Position numbers and translations under genes: made by a program. Of a stretch of 64,000 bases of DNA, positions 9,681 through 18,373 are shown piece by piece (positions within the stretch are counted from its first letter, which is position 1; each line of letters opens with the position of its first letter). A model generated the notes under the pieces. That model worked only from the letters and a program-made list of their open reading frames with translations, had not been told where the DNA came from and searched no databases. The DNA is from Candidatus Latescibacterota bacterium (GTDB taxonomy: Bacteria; Latescibacterota; UBA2968; UBA8231), in contig OZ244561.1 of NCBI GenBank assembly GCA_965217585.1, positions 6,464,001-6,528,000 of the forward strand, in the 5' to 3' direction.

Positions 9681-9706
9681 AGGGCAACCACAAGGGTTGC
9701 CCCTAC
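9681..9706 (-). repeat. GTAG-family REP-like palindrome
   Basis: Minus strand GTAGGGGCAACCCTTGTGGTTGCCCT: GTAG tetramer followed by a GGGCAACC/GGTTGCCC stem, intergenic within an operon; single copy in window. Confidence 0.65.
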
Positions 9707-9709
9707 TAT

Positions 9710-10891
9710 TTAATAACTGGCGTCGTCGGCCCGTTGTAGCGCGCCAGCCGGAAAGACCGATACTTTCGCGCTAGCCCCATGGTATTTTTCCAATTCGCTC
9801 AATACGGCCTCCCAAGTTTTGCAAAAAATAACCCCCTCGCCAAAGAGCGAGGCTGCATCCCACTTGTTGACCCCAGGCGAAAATAGAATGGTGCGCCGGG
9901 CGGGCGGCCCGGCCTTTCCCCGCAGCGCGGTACCCGGGCCCAACACCGAGTGCCAACCCAGCCCCTCCGGGCTAGCCGAGCACATGACGGTAGTCGCGTT
10001 TTCGTTGAAGGGGTTTTTCTTGGTGCCGCCCAACGGCGTCATGGCCAACCCAGCTTGGCACAGTTCCGTATCCTTGGGGAAGGCACTGAACACCCCAATG
10101 TCGAAGGCGTCGGGCACTTGGGTTGCGTACTGCTCGCGCCCCAATTCGCAGCCCCGCTCAAAGGCCGCGTCCGTGTCCCCAGCGACTAAGGCCGAGATCT
10201 CCAAGTTCTCGTTGAGCAGCGGGTTGACGATATAAGTGACCCCAGCCATCTTCGCGACCTCGGACAGGTGTTGGCGAAAATTTTCGTGTACGTGGCGGTG
10301 ATTGAGCATGATCGTCTGTTGCCCACAAGCACCGGGGATGAGCAATTTGGCCCCGCCGCCGAACATCCCCCCGCGCGGCGTGATCATCCCCAAGGCGATG
10401 CGGACCTCGCAAGAGGTCATATCACGGTTGACCCAAATCGGTACCCCCCGGCTGGAGTAGCCGAGAAATTCCAAGTTCTCGTAGGCATTGTGGTTGAGCA
10501 CCTGCATGGTATCGACGATGTCCAACCCGACCTTCTTGACCAAGTCGTCGCGGGTCATCGGGCGGTGGGCCGCCAGCGCGCAGATGATCTTTACGGCATC
10601 GGCCCCAATCCCGGCCGCAGCCAGTTCCTCGAGGACATAGGGCAAGAGCCGAAAAGCCGGCGTCGGGCGCGAGAGGTCGTCAACCAAGATGGCCGCCGAA
10701 GACCGGCCGCGGGCGAACTCGCGCAACGGCGGAGCGCCGATGGCCTCTTGCAGTGCCCGGCGAATCCCGGCGTCGCCGATGTCCGGCCCGCCACGCATGT
10801 GGTGCACCGCCACTTCCCAGTGATCGGGAAACTCCATCTTGAACGGAGCCTTGCCGTACCAAACGGCCCAAGGAACGAGTATTTCCTGCAT
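9710..10891 (-). CDS. LarA (lactate racemase / nickel-pincer) family protein
   Basis: VDDLSRPTP, ALAAHRPM, GGAKLLIPG, NH motifs of the LarA N-terminal domain. Confidence 0.85.
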   Translation of the reverse strand: MQEILVPWAVWYGKAPFKMEFPDHWEVAVHHMRGGPDIGDAGIRRALQEAIGAPPLREFARGRSSAAILVDDLSRPTPAFRLLPYVLEELAAAGIGADAVKIICALAAHRPMTRDDLVKKVGLDIVDTMQVLNHNAYENLEFLGYSSRGVPIWVNRDMTSCEVRIALGMITPRGGMFGGGAKLLIPGACGQQTIMLNHRHVHENFRQHLSEVAKMAGVTYIVNPLLNENLEISALVAGDTDAAFERGCELGREQYATQVPDAFDIGVFSAFPKDTELCQAGLAMTPLGGTKKNPFNENATTVMCSASPEGLGWHSVLGPGTALRGKAGPPARRTILFSPGVNKWDAASLFGEGVIFCKTWEAVLSELEKYHGASAKVSVFPAGALQRADDASY

Positions 10892-10901
10892 GATTTTCCT
10901 C

Positions 10902-11666
10902 CTAGTCCAAGCCCATAGCCCGCAGGTTGCGCAGGCTCAGACCCAAGCTGTCAAAAGGGTCGCCCGGGCAGGTGTCTTGCTCGATCAAGTACCATTCGAT
11001 CTGTGCTCTTTTACAGACCGCGAGAATAGGTTCCCATTCCAAGTTCCCCTCCCCTACTTCGGCGAAGCATTGCTTAGAGCCATCCATGCTCAAGTCTTTG
11101 AGATGGACGATGTGCATGCGGTCGCGGAACTTGTCCAACCACGAGACTGGGTTGCCACCGCCGTGTTGGATCCAATAGGTGTCTATTTCAAAGGAAAAGA
11201 CGGCTGGGTCGCTCTCCTCGCGGAGAATGTCCAGTCCTGTGCGCCCCTCGAAGCGCTCCAGTTCAAAGCTGTGGTTGTGGTAGCTAAAGGTCAGGCCCGC
11301 GTCAATGAGCGGACGCGCCGCCTCCGAAGCATCTGCTGCAAAGAGGGCAAAGCCCTCGCGGTGCCGGTATTCCTGGGGCAAGCCGCCAATGGCCACGTGG
11401 CGGCACCCCCACATCTGATGCTCCTCGACGACGGCTTGCGGCTCATCGCAGATGCGCTGGTAGCTGGTGTGCGTGGCAGCGATCTGTATTCCCTCGGCCT
11501 TGCTTATCCCGGCTAGTTCGGCCGGCGGGATCGCCCCTAGGGCCGAGGCTTGCACGGCCTCGTAGCCGAGTGCTCGCACCTTGGCGAAGGTCTGGCGAAT
11601 GTCATCCGGGGTTTTGGTATAATCGCGCACTGTAAACAACTGGGCGCCAATCGCTGAAGTAGGCAT
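10902..11666 (-). CDS. Sugar-phosphate isomerase/epimerase (xylose-isomerase-like TIM barrel)
   Basis: AQLFTVRD, YHNHSFE, EIDTYW, HLKD, EVGEG, IEQD. Confidence 0.9.
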   Translation of the reverse strand: MPTSAIGAQLFTVRDYTKTPDDIRQTFAKVRALGYEAVQASALGAIPPAELAGISKAEGIQIAATHTSYQRICDEPQAVVEEHQMWGCRHVAIGGLPQEYRHREGFALFAADASEAARPLIDAGLTFSYHNHSFELERFEGRTGLDILREESDPAVFSFEIDTYWIQHGGGNPVSWLDKFRDRMHIVHLKDLSMDGSKQCFAEVGEGNLEWEPILAVCKRAQIEWYLIEQDTCPGDPFDSLGLSLRNLRAMGLD

Positions 11667-11693
11667 TTCGTCTCCTGTGTCTTGTGAACTCCG

Positions 11694-11747
11694 CGCAATA
11701 TAGCCGCCGTCCTTCCTAGCGTCAATTCAGCGGCAGCTAAAGTCTAT
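11694..11747 (-). promoter_or_regulatory. Sigma-70-like promoter inside 54-bp direct repeat (copy 1)
   Basis: Minus strand TTGACG-17bp-TATATT just upstream of the isomerase start; 49/54 identical to 15176-15229. Confidence 0.75.
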
Positions 11748-11820
11748 TAGTCGTTTGCCAGCAGATGCAGAGACCAACCGCTGGCGTACGATCCCACTCG
11801 CATCGGCTCCGCCCTCGCGC

Positions 11821-12705
11821 TCATTCAAGCACCAGTTCAAAGGTCTGCGAACTATACCCAGCGAAAATCCCGTACCCGTTTTCCACGTTGCTGTACACGC
11901 TTACCGGCTCGGCAAACGGATTGCTCTGAGTGGATTCATGGAGCCTAGCGCTCTTGAGATACTCGTAGTACGTCTCGCTCACGTGTAAAACTTGGATGTA
12001 AAAACTCGTCTGCTCGGGTGCATTGTAGTTGCTGGACAGTTCGATCTCATGGGTTTGACCATCGAACAGGGTGTCTTTGAAAAAGGGTGCGGTCCCGGAG
12101 AAACCTTCGTTAAACGGTTCATCAGCGGCGTTGTCCGCAATGATGGATGGGTCTTGTGTTGAGAACGATCCTTCGTACCTCTCAGAACGAAAAAAAGCGA
12201 ACGCGCGGATCTGGTAGTAGTTCGTCTCGCCGGGTGGATCCTGAATTTCGAGTTTGATCGATAAATCGCCTTTGATCGCGGATTCAGAGCGGGTGGATGT
12301 ATTGGTGAGATGCGACGCAATTGCTGTCGGCACGGGTCTGGGAATCGCGTCGGTGGCCTGGATCGTTGCAAAGCCGGGGGCCGATACCCGCAAAGAGTAG
12401 GATTCCCCCGCTTGCAGGGTGTTTTTTTCGAGCGCATACACCCTGTCCCTCCAGAGAAACTCCAGCCGGTCGATAACCCGGTCTCCCGCCAGCAGCTCCA
12501 CCGTGGCATCGGCGACCGGCCCACGTTCCGGCAGGGACTCCAGAATCCCAGCGGAGCGGCCGACAAAGGCGGCCCAAGTGCTGTCGGGAGTAAAGAAGGC
12601 TTGGAGCACGAGGCGGGGGGTATGCTCGGGCAGGTCCGGCTCGATGATCTGTTCGCAAGCGGATAATGCGCAGAGGATCGACATACAGCCAAGTGCGCTT
12701 TTCAT
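11821..12705 (-). CDS. DUF4249-family lipoprotein
   Basis: Likely start ATG 12705; lipobox LSAC; QDPPGETNYY, NPFAEPVSVYSNVENGYGIF; usual partner downstream of a TonB receptor. Confidence 0.85.
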   Translation of the reverse strand: MKSALGCMSILCALSACEQIIEPDLPEHTPRLVLQAFFTPDSTWAAFVGRSAGILESLPERGPVADATVELLAGDRVIDRLEFLWRDRVYALEKNTLQAGESYSLRVSAPGFATIQATDAIPRPVPTAIASHLTNTSTRSESAIKGDLSIKLEIQDPPGETNYYQIRAFAFFRSERYEGSFSTQDPSIIADNAADEPFNEGFSGTAPFFKDTLFDGQTHEIELSSNYNAPEQTSFYIQVLHVSETYYEYLKSARLHESTQSNPFAEPVSVYSNVENGYGIFAGYSSQTFELVLE

Positions 12706-12707
12706 GG

Positions 12708-15107
12708 TCAAAATTTGAACCGGTAGTTGAGCCAAGGAAGAAGCGGGAAAAGACTCACCTGTTTGGCGCGGCGCTTTATGTCGGTGGTATTGGGGTCGTA
12801 GTCGTCATCGAAGTAGATGAAGTAAGGATTCTTGCGATTGTACGCATTGTACACCCCGAGGCCGAAGCCGTGTTTGTCACCAAAGTTAAAACCGAGATCG
12901 AGGCGGTGGAAGGCGGACATGCGGTAGCTGTTGCGGTCTCCGTAGATCTGGGTTTCATAAGGCGGGATATCGGGTATCCAAATTTCGCGCCCCCCTACGG
13001 AATGTCCGCGGTAGCCGTGGTAGCGGGCGACGGGAAGGGTGGCGGCATTGCCGGTTCCGTACACCCACGTGAGAGAGAAACTGGTGGATGGCGTCAGTTG
13101 ATATGAGAGGACCAAAGCGAGGTCGTGCCGGCGGTCGTAGCGATAGGGGAAGGTGCGCCCCTGATTCAGCCGGTCGAACCGCCGCTTGGTCCAGGAAAGG
13201 GTATAGCCGATCCAGCCGGTGGTGCGCCCGCGCTTTTTCTGCACGAACAGCTCGGTGCCGTACGACCACCCCCGCCCTATTTCCACTTTATCTTGCCAGT
13301 CTTCGTTTTCGCCAAAGCCGACTAGAAAGCTCGCGCCTTCCCGATACTCGATCAGGTTAGTCATGGTTTTGTAGTACCCCTCCAGACTAAATTCGTACTG
13401 GTCTTTGAACTGACGCGCCAGCCCCACGCCGAACTGCCGCGACCATTGGGGGCGCACCCGCTCGGTAGCCGGCAGCCACAGGTCGGTCGGCAAGCCGACG
13501 GTGCTGTTGGAGAGCAGGTGAATGTACTGGCGCATCAGGGCATAAGAGGCTTTCACCGCCCAGTCTGATGGCAGCAGGTAGCGCGTTGAAACCCGGGGCT
13601 GCAAGGAGGTGTAGAACTCGTCGTTGACGAGGAAGCCAGAGGTGTGCAGTCCCACGTTGGCCTTCAGGCGGTCAGTGAGACGGACATCGTCTTCTCCGTA
13701 CAGGCTGTACTCCAGCGCATCAGTGATCTGGGCGGCAAGGGTGGTATCCTCGGGGGCACCGTCGGCCGGATTGACCTTGATCTGCGCCGCTCCGGGGCTG
13801 TAGGTGTGCAAGGTGCTGCTGCCGCCAAAGCGGATGTAGTGGGCGGGGTTGGGGATGTAGTCGAAGTCCAGCTTTAAGCCCCAGTCCCGGATTCCCGACC
13901 GATAGCGCAGCCGCAAGGTATCGGTCTCCCGTTCTCCGTCTAGGGTGGTAGTGGAGCGGTGGTCAACAGCGGTGGAGAGTTGGTAGCGACTGTAGATCGC
14001 GGTCAGATTGCCGAAGAGCTGGTTGCTGAACAGGTAGTTCCAGCGCAGAGTGGAGGTTATATTGCCCCAGCCGAAATTCGCCGCGATGGCATCTTTCTCG
14101 CGGTAGTTGTCCCCCGTGTCCTCCTCCTCTATGTCACTCCAGAAGCGGTCATCGCCCCCGTACACGTTTAGGAAAACCCGGCTGTTAGGCGAGAAGATAT
14201 GGTTGAGTTTGGCATTGAGATCGTAGAAGTGGTAGCCGCCTTTGTTGTTGCTGGGGAGAAAGGGGCGAATCAGCAGGTCGATGTAGGTGCGCCGGGCCGA
14301 GACAATGAACGAGGTCCGGTCTTTGCGCAGCGGCCCTTGCAAGGTTAGCTGGGAAGCGATCAAGCCGACCGAGCCTTCGCCTTCAAAGGTCTTCATATTG
14401 CCGTCTTTCATATCGACTTCCAGCACCGACGAGAGGCGGCCGCCGTAGCGCGCTGGGAATCCGGCTTTGGTCAGTTGCACGTTCTTGATGGCGTTGGCAT
14501 TGAAGACCGAGAAGAAGCCGAACAGATGCGAGGCGTTGTAAACCGGGGCACCGTCGAGCAGGAGCAAGTTCTGATCGGGGCTGCCACCGCGCACGTACAG
14601 GCCACTCATGCCCTCGGCCCCGGACTGGACTCCGGGCAAAAGTTGCAGGGTCTTGAGTACATCGACTTCGCCCATGAGGACGGGCGCATTTTTGATTTGC
14701 TGGATCGGCACCTGCACCACGCTCATCTGGCTCTGTTCTTGGATGGGATCGAGCCGCTCGGCCTCCACTTGCACGGCACCCATTTCTAGGGGAGTGGGCT
14801 GGAGGGCGATGGTTAGCTGAAGGTCTTGGTCGAGCCGAGTTGCGAGGGTGTCGCTTTGATAGCCGATGTGGAAGACGACCACCTTCAGCGGCCCCGCCGG
14901 CAGGGTCAGGCTGAAAAAGCCGTAGCGGTTGGTCGTGGCACCCTTTTGCAGAGTAGGCTCGTACAAAACGGCCCCGATCAGCTTCTCGCCGCTGGCGGCA
15001 TCTTCGACATAGCCGCTGAGCGTATGCACTGGATCGGTTTGCGCCCAGACGCCATCGGCGAGGCTGAGGAAGACTAGCAGGAAGTATTGGCGAACTCTGT
15101 ATAACAT
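12708..15107 (-). CDS. TonB-dependent outer-membrane receptor with N-terminal carboxypeptidase-regulatory-like domain
   Basis: Signal peptide; DVLKTLQLLPGV, YVRGGSPDQN, YGGRLSSVL, YNAYNRKN; C-terminal Phe. Confidence 0.95.
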   Translation of the reverse strand: MLYRVRQYFLLVFLSLADGVWAQTDPVHTLSGYVEDAASGEKLIGAVLYEPTLQKGATTNRYGFFSLTLPAGPLKVVVFHIGYQSDTLATRLDQDLQLTIALQPTPLEMGAVQVEAERLDPIQEQSQMSVVQVPIQQIKNAPVLMGEVDVLKTLQLLPGVQSGAEGMSGLYVRGGSPDQNLLLLDGAPVYNASHLFGFFSVFNANAIKNVQLTKAGFPARYGGRLSSVLEVDMKDGNMKTFEGEGSVGLIASQLTLQGPLRKDRTSFIVSARRTYIDLLIRPFLPSNNKGGYHFYDLNAKLNHIFSPNSRVFLNVYGGDDRFWSDIEEEDTGDNYREKDAIAANFGWGNITSTLRWNYLFSNQLFGNLTAIYSRYQLSTAVDHRSTTTLDGERETDTLRLRYRSGIRDWGLKLDFDYIPNPAHYIRFGGSSTLHTYSPGAAQIKVNPADGAPEDTTLAAQITDALEYSLYGEDDVRLTDRLKANVGLHTSGFLVNDEFYTSLQPRVSTRYLLPSDWAVKASYALMRQYIHLLSNSTVGLPTDLWLPATERVRPQWSRQFGVGLARQFKDQYEFSLEGYYKTMTNLIEYREGASFLVGFGENEDWQDKVEIGRGWSYGTELFVQKKRGRTTGWIGYTLSWTKRRFDRLNQGRTFPYRYDRRHDLALVLSYQLTPSTSFSLTWVYGTGNAATLPVARYHGYRGHSVGGREIWIPDIPPYETQIYGDRNSYRMSAFHRLDLGFNFGDKHGFGLGVYNAYNRKNPYFIYFDDDYDPNTTDIKRRAKQVSLFPLLPWLNYRFKF

Positions 15108-15175
15108 AGGGTTTAGAATAGCTCAGTCGCTCAGTCTTTTAACCCCTAAGCCAGCCAATCGCGTCACTGCCCCCA

Positions 15176-15229
15176 CGCAATATAGCCGCCGTCCCTGCTA
15201 GCATCAATTCAGCAGTAGCTAAAGTCTAT
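15176..15229 (-). promoter_or_regulatory. Sigma-70-like promoter inside 54-bp direct repeat (copy 2)
   Basis: Minus strand TTGATG-17bp-TATATT upstream of the TonB receptor. Confidence 0.7.
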
Positions 15230-15241
15230 AGTTAGCTTGTC

Positions 15242-15460
15242 GTGACTACTCCCACCCTACAGACGTTGGGCTTCTTGCCGGTATTCTGGCTGAGATTGTA
15301 GTACAAGGACAATGATGTATTCGTTGCGCCAGCGTTTTTCGGCGTCGATGTCCACACACTGGGAGCAATCTTGCGAGGTATAGGCCAGGTTGACGGCGAC
15401 CAGGATCCTACCAGCTTCTTCTGCTTTGTAGGACAGGCTCTGCCGGAACTGCGACCAAGA
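15242..15460 (-). mobile_element. tnpB: IS200/IS605-type tnpB 3' remnant with right end
   Basis: Minus strand encodes SWSQFRQSLSYKAEEAGRILVAVNLAYTSQDCSQC then, after a frameshift, CGHRRRKTLAQRIHHCPC (zinc ribbon); ends GAAGCCC..GTGGGAGTAGTCAC. Confidence 0.85.
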
Positions 15461-15471
15461 GGATTGACAAA

Positions 15472-16668
15472 GTGTCGAAGCGGAAACAGGAGGTGGTAGT
15501 AAACTTATTTTTGTCGGTGTACGCGCCGGCCCTGATCCTGTCGGTCTGCCGGGGCCTACTATTGCCCGTCCTGCCTTTGTTCGCCCGCTCTTTCGAGGTA
15601 TCGTACAGTCTGGTGGGCGTGATCCTGGCCGCGGACGGAATCGGCACTTTGCTGGGCGATGTGCCCGCGGGAGTGGTGGTGCGGCGGGTGGGCGAAAAGC
15701 GCGCCATGCTATTGGGGGTGGGGTGCGTCATGGCGGGGATTTTCGGCCTGCTGCTGGCCGCTGATCTGTGGCAAGTGAGTGCCTGCCGCCTAGTGTCGGG
15801 GATCGGTACGGCCCTGTGGAATATTTCGCGCCATACGTACCTGGCCGGGGCCATTCGGCCGGCACTCCGGGGACGGGCCATTGCCGTGTTCGGGGGCATA
15901 GGACGCATCGGCTATTTTGCCGGACCGCTGCTCGGCGGCCTGGTGGCCGGGGCGTACGGCTTTCGGGCTGCCTTCCTGTTATACGGGGGGTTGGCGACGG
16001 TGGCTTTGCTGACGGTCTCGCTCTGGGTGGAGGACCGCGGGATCTCCCCGGGAGAAAACCACCGATCCAGAGGACGGGTCGGCGATGTTGTGCGCGGCCA
16101 CTATCGCATCCTGCTCACTGCCGGCTCGGCCCAATTGTGCGCCCAAATGGTGCGCACGGCCCGCATGGTCATCGCGCCGCTCTACGCTGCCGATGTCCTC
16201 GGTCTAGGGATCGAGGAGGTGGGGGTGATCATATCTATTGCCGCGGCCGTGGACATGCTCATGTTCTATCCGGCGGGCATGATCATGGACCACTGGGGGC
16301 GCAAGTACGCCTCGGTGCCCAGTTTTTTCGTCCAGAGCACGGGCATGGCCGCCATTCCCCTAGCGCAGGATTTTTCGGGCCTGCTCCTGGCCCTGGTGGT
16401 AGTGGGCCTGGGCAACGGCATAGGGTCGGGGACCATGATGACTCTGGGCGCGGACCTGGCCCCGGACGACGGGCGGGGGGTGTTTTTGGGGCTGTGGCGC
16501 TTTGTCGGCGATCTGGGCGGGGCGGGCAGCCCCCTGGCCATGGGCTATATCGCCGATTGGGTCGGCCTGACCGAAACTCCATTGGCAGCCGCGGGCATTG
16601 GCCTAGTCGCGGCCCTCACTTTGTGGCTGGGGGTGCCCGAGACCCTGAAAAGGGAAGACCATCTGTGA
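15472..16668 (+). CDS. MFS transporter
   Basis: About 12 TM helices, GMIMDHWGRK motif; start codon uncertain (GTG 15472 or 15493). Confidence 0.9.
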   Translation: MSKRKQEVVVNLFLSVYAPALILSVCRGLLLPVLPLFARSFEVSYSLVGVILAADGIGTLLGDVPAGVVVRRVGEKRAMLLGVGCVMAGIFGLLLAADLWQVSACRLVSGIGTALWNISRHTYLAGAIRPALRGRAIAVFGGIGRIGYFAGPLLGGLVAGAYGFRAAFLLYGGLATVALLTVSLWVEDRGISPGENHRSRGRVGDVVRGHYRILLTAGSAQLCAQMVRTARMVIAPLYAADVLGLGIEEVGVIISIAAAVDMLMFYPAGMIMDHWGRKYASVPSFFVQSTGMAAIPLAQDFSGLLLALVVVGLGNGIGSGTMMTLGADLAPDDGRGVFLGLWRFVGDLGGAGSPLAMGYIADWVGLTETPLAAAGIGLVAALTLWLGVPETLKREDHL

Positions 16669-16709
16669 GCTGCACGTGTTCGCTGCTCGTTTTCGAGGAG
16701 CAGGATGGC

Positions 16710-17753
16710 TCAGCGCAGCACTGGGTCCGTCCAGCCCCAGGCATTGTCGCGCACTGTGACGCGCTCCTCACAGCCGATGGCGCCGCGCTCGGTTCGGTGG
16801 TAGAACCAGTTGTGCTCGATCACGGCCTGGTCCTCAGGCGTGCCACGGATGACCACAGCGCGCCGACCGGGAACGCGGAAGGTGTTGTGGTGCACGTGCA
16901 TCCAGCCGCCCGCCACATTCGTGCCGTCCTTGCGGTCGCGGCCGCCGTGCATGTCGAAGCAGTGGCTCAGGCTGCGTCCCATCTCGACGTTGTTGCGCGC
17001 CTCGTACCCCGAGCCTCTGCGCCCGGAGCCGGCAATGGAGTGGCGGTTGGCGTCGAACAGGTTGCCCTCGATCAGCGTTTCGGCCTCGTCGAGGCAGACG
17101 CCGTACCCGAGCCCCTGGTACTGGTTGTGATGGATGAAGCAGTGCTGCACGAGGTGCCCGTTGCCGTCCACTAGGTGCACGGCACCGAGGCTCCAGCCGG
17201 CCAGCTCGCAGTTGTCGACGCGCAGCCGCGGGTGTCTCGCCTCGATGCCGGCGGACGTGGGAAATCGGTAGTAGTAGCGGTGTCCGCCGTGGCCTTCGCG
17301 GAAGGAACGGGAGTGGTGCTCCAAGCACTGGCGGGGGTTCGGTCCCTGCAGGCGGATGCCGGTGAGACGCGCGTCCGGGCCCGTGACCCGGATGAGAGGG
17401 TTCGTGGCGAAGGTGTCGGAGCGGATCAACCCGCCGGTCGCCCCCTTGACGCCGCGATCACTGGCCAGGGTCACACCGCCGGGCAGCTCGAGGACCAGCT
17501 CCTCGACGTAGACCCGTTCCGTGCACTCGATGACGGCGTCGCCGGCGACGTACACAGTGTCGCCGGCGCGGGCTCCGGCTAGGGCCTCGATCAACTCGTC
17601 GAGGTGGCACACCGGCGAGCCGGAGAGCTTGACGATCTCGGCGTAGCCGGAGCCACCCCCAAGGGGGTAGCCTCGGGCCGCACCAGCGCCACAGGCGCGA
17701 TGGCCACGGCCGACCCGCGTCGGGCCTCGAAGGGTGGAACGGGCGTTGAACAC
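16710..17753 (-). CDS. Right-handed parallel beta-helix protein (N-terminus possibly chimeric)
   Basis: VDNCELAGWS, HCFIHHNQYQGLGYGV, NLFDANRHSIAG, HCFDMHGG; AGGAGG RBS before GTG. Confidence 0.8.
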   Translation of the reverse strand: MFNARSTLRGPTRVGRGHRACGAGAARGYPLGGGSGYAEIVKLSGSPVCHLDELIEALAGARAGDTVYVAGDAVIECTERVYVEELVLELPGGVTLASDRGVKGATGGLIRSDTFATNPLIRVTGPDARLTGIRLQGPNPRQCLEHHSRSFREGHGGHRYYYRFPTSAGIEARHPRLRVDNCELAGWSLGAVHLVDGNGHLVQHCFIHHNQYQGLGYGVCLDEAETLIEGNLFDANRHSIAGSGRRGSGYEARNNVEMGRSLSHCFDMHGGRDRKDGTNVAGGWMHVHHNTFRVPGRRAVVIRGTPEDQAVIEHNWFYHRTERGAIGCEERVTVRDNAWGWTDPVLR

Positions 17754-17793
17754 GGGTACCTCCTTGAATCGGATGGCAGGGGCTTGTAGTCGG

Positions 17794-17948
17794 CTATTCG
17801 TTGGTTCCGGCGCTGGAATTGTTCGTACGCGTCCTGGGCTTGGAAGACGAGTTCCATGCGCTGGCGCAAACTGTTAGCGCTTTCCCCGGGCTGTTGGGCA
17901 AAGTCGTTGGCCGTGCCGTTGACGGTGATGTTGGCCGTTGAAGTACAT
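17794..17948 (-). pseudogene. Gene remnant of unknown family
   Basis: AGGAGG RBS + ATG 17948 (MYFNGQ) reaches a stop after ~24 codons; protein-like sequence ANITVNGTANDFAQQPGE..MELVFQAQDAYEQF lies in another frame. Confidence 0.4.
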
Positions 17949-17972
17949 GGGAATCCTCCTCGGTGGGCGGGT

Positions 17973-18231
17973 CTAGGAATTGGCGCTGCGGCAGGCCCCG
18001 CAGTCGGCTCCGGGCAGCCAATAGGCCGCAGGAGGCGGGCCAAAGTAGCGCTGGTACAGGGCCAGGGTCTGGTCGAATTGGCTGTTGTTTTCGTCCTCCA
18101 TGCCCCCGGGTTGGTGGTGGATCATGCGGCCAAAGTGCCGGCGGCAGAAGGCACCGTAGATGCGGGTGCAGAGGATGAATTCGTGCCAGGGCCGCGTGAT
18201 CCAGGGCGTCGGGGGAGAGAGCTGGGGGCAT
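17973..18231 (-). pseudogene. Remnant of a glycine-rich-domain-containing (WHxFIL..HHxP) protein gene
   Basis: WHEFILCTRIYGAFCRRHFGRMIHHQPGG..TLALYQRYFGPPPAAYW is out of frame with the plausible start MPPALSPDALDHAA (ATG 18231). Confidence 0.6.
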
Positions 18232-18373
18232 GGGGAACACCTGTGCTGAAAGGGGTGGCACCAAGATGAAGGGCCCGCCCCTCTTGGGCGCTTTTGAGCG
18301 CAGCGAAGACCATGGTCATGGATTGCACAGGTGGTCCTCAGCATTGCACTCGGGAGCGGGCCAGGGAGTGTCG

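Noticed and set aside
15108-15175. Riboswitch ahead of the TonB receptor
   Set aside because: Leader is too short and has no cobalamin or TPP motifs that I can recognise
11694-15245. tnpB omega-RNA guide targeting the other promoter copy (TldR-like repression)
   Set aside because: The guide 5' seed GACAAGCTAAC lies outside the repeat and does not match the flank of copy 1; no intact nuclease gene in window
15768-17174. Long alternative ORFs (also 24079..25437 and 48525..49889)
   Set aside because: Arg/Pro/Gly-rich off-frame translations overlapping well-supported genes; expected at high GC
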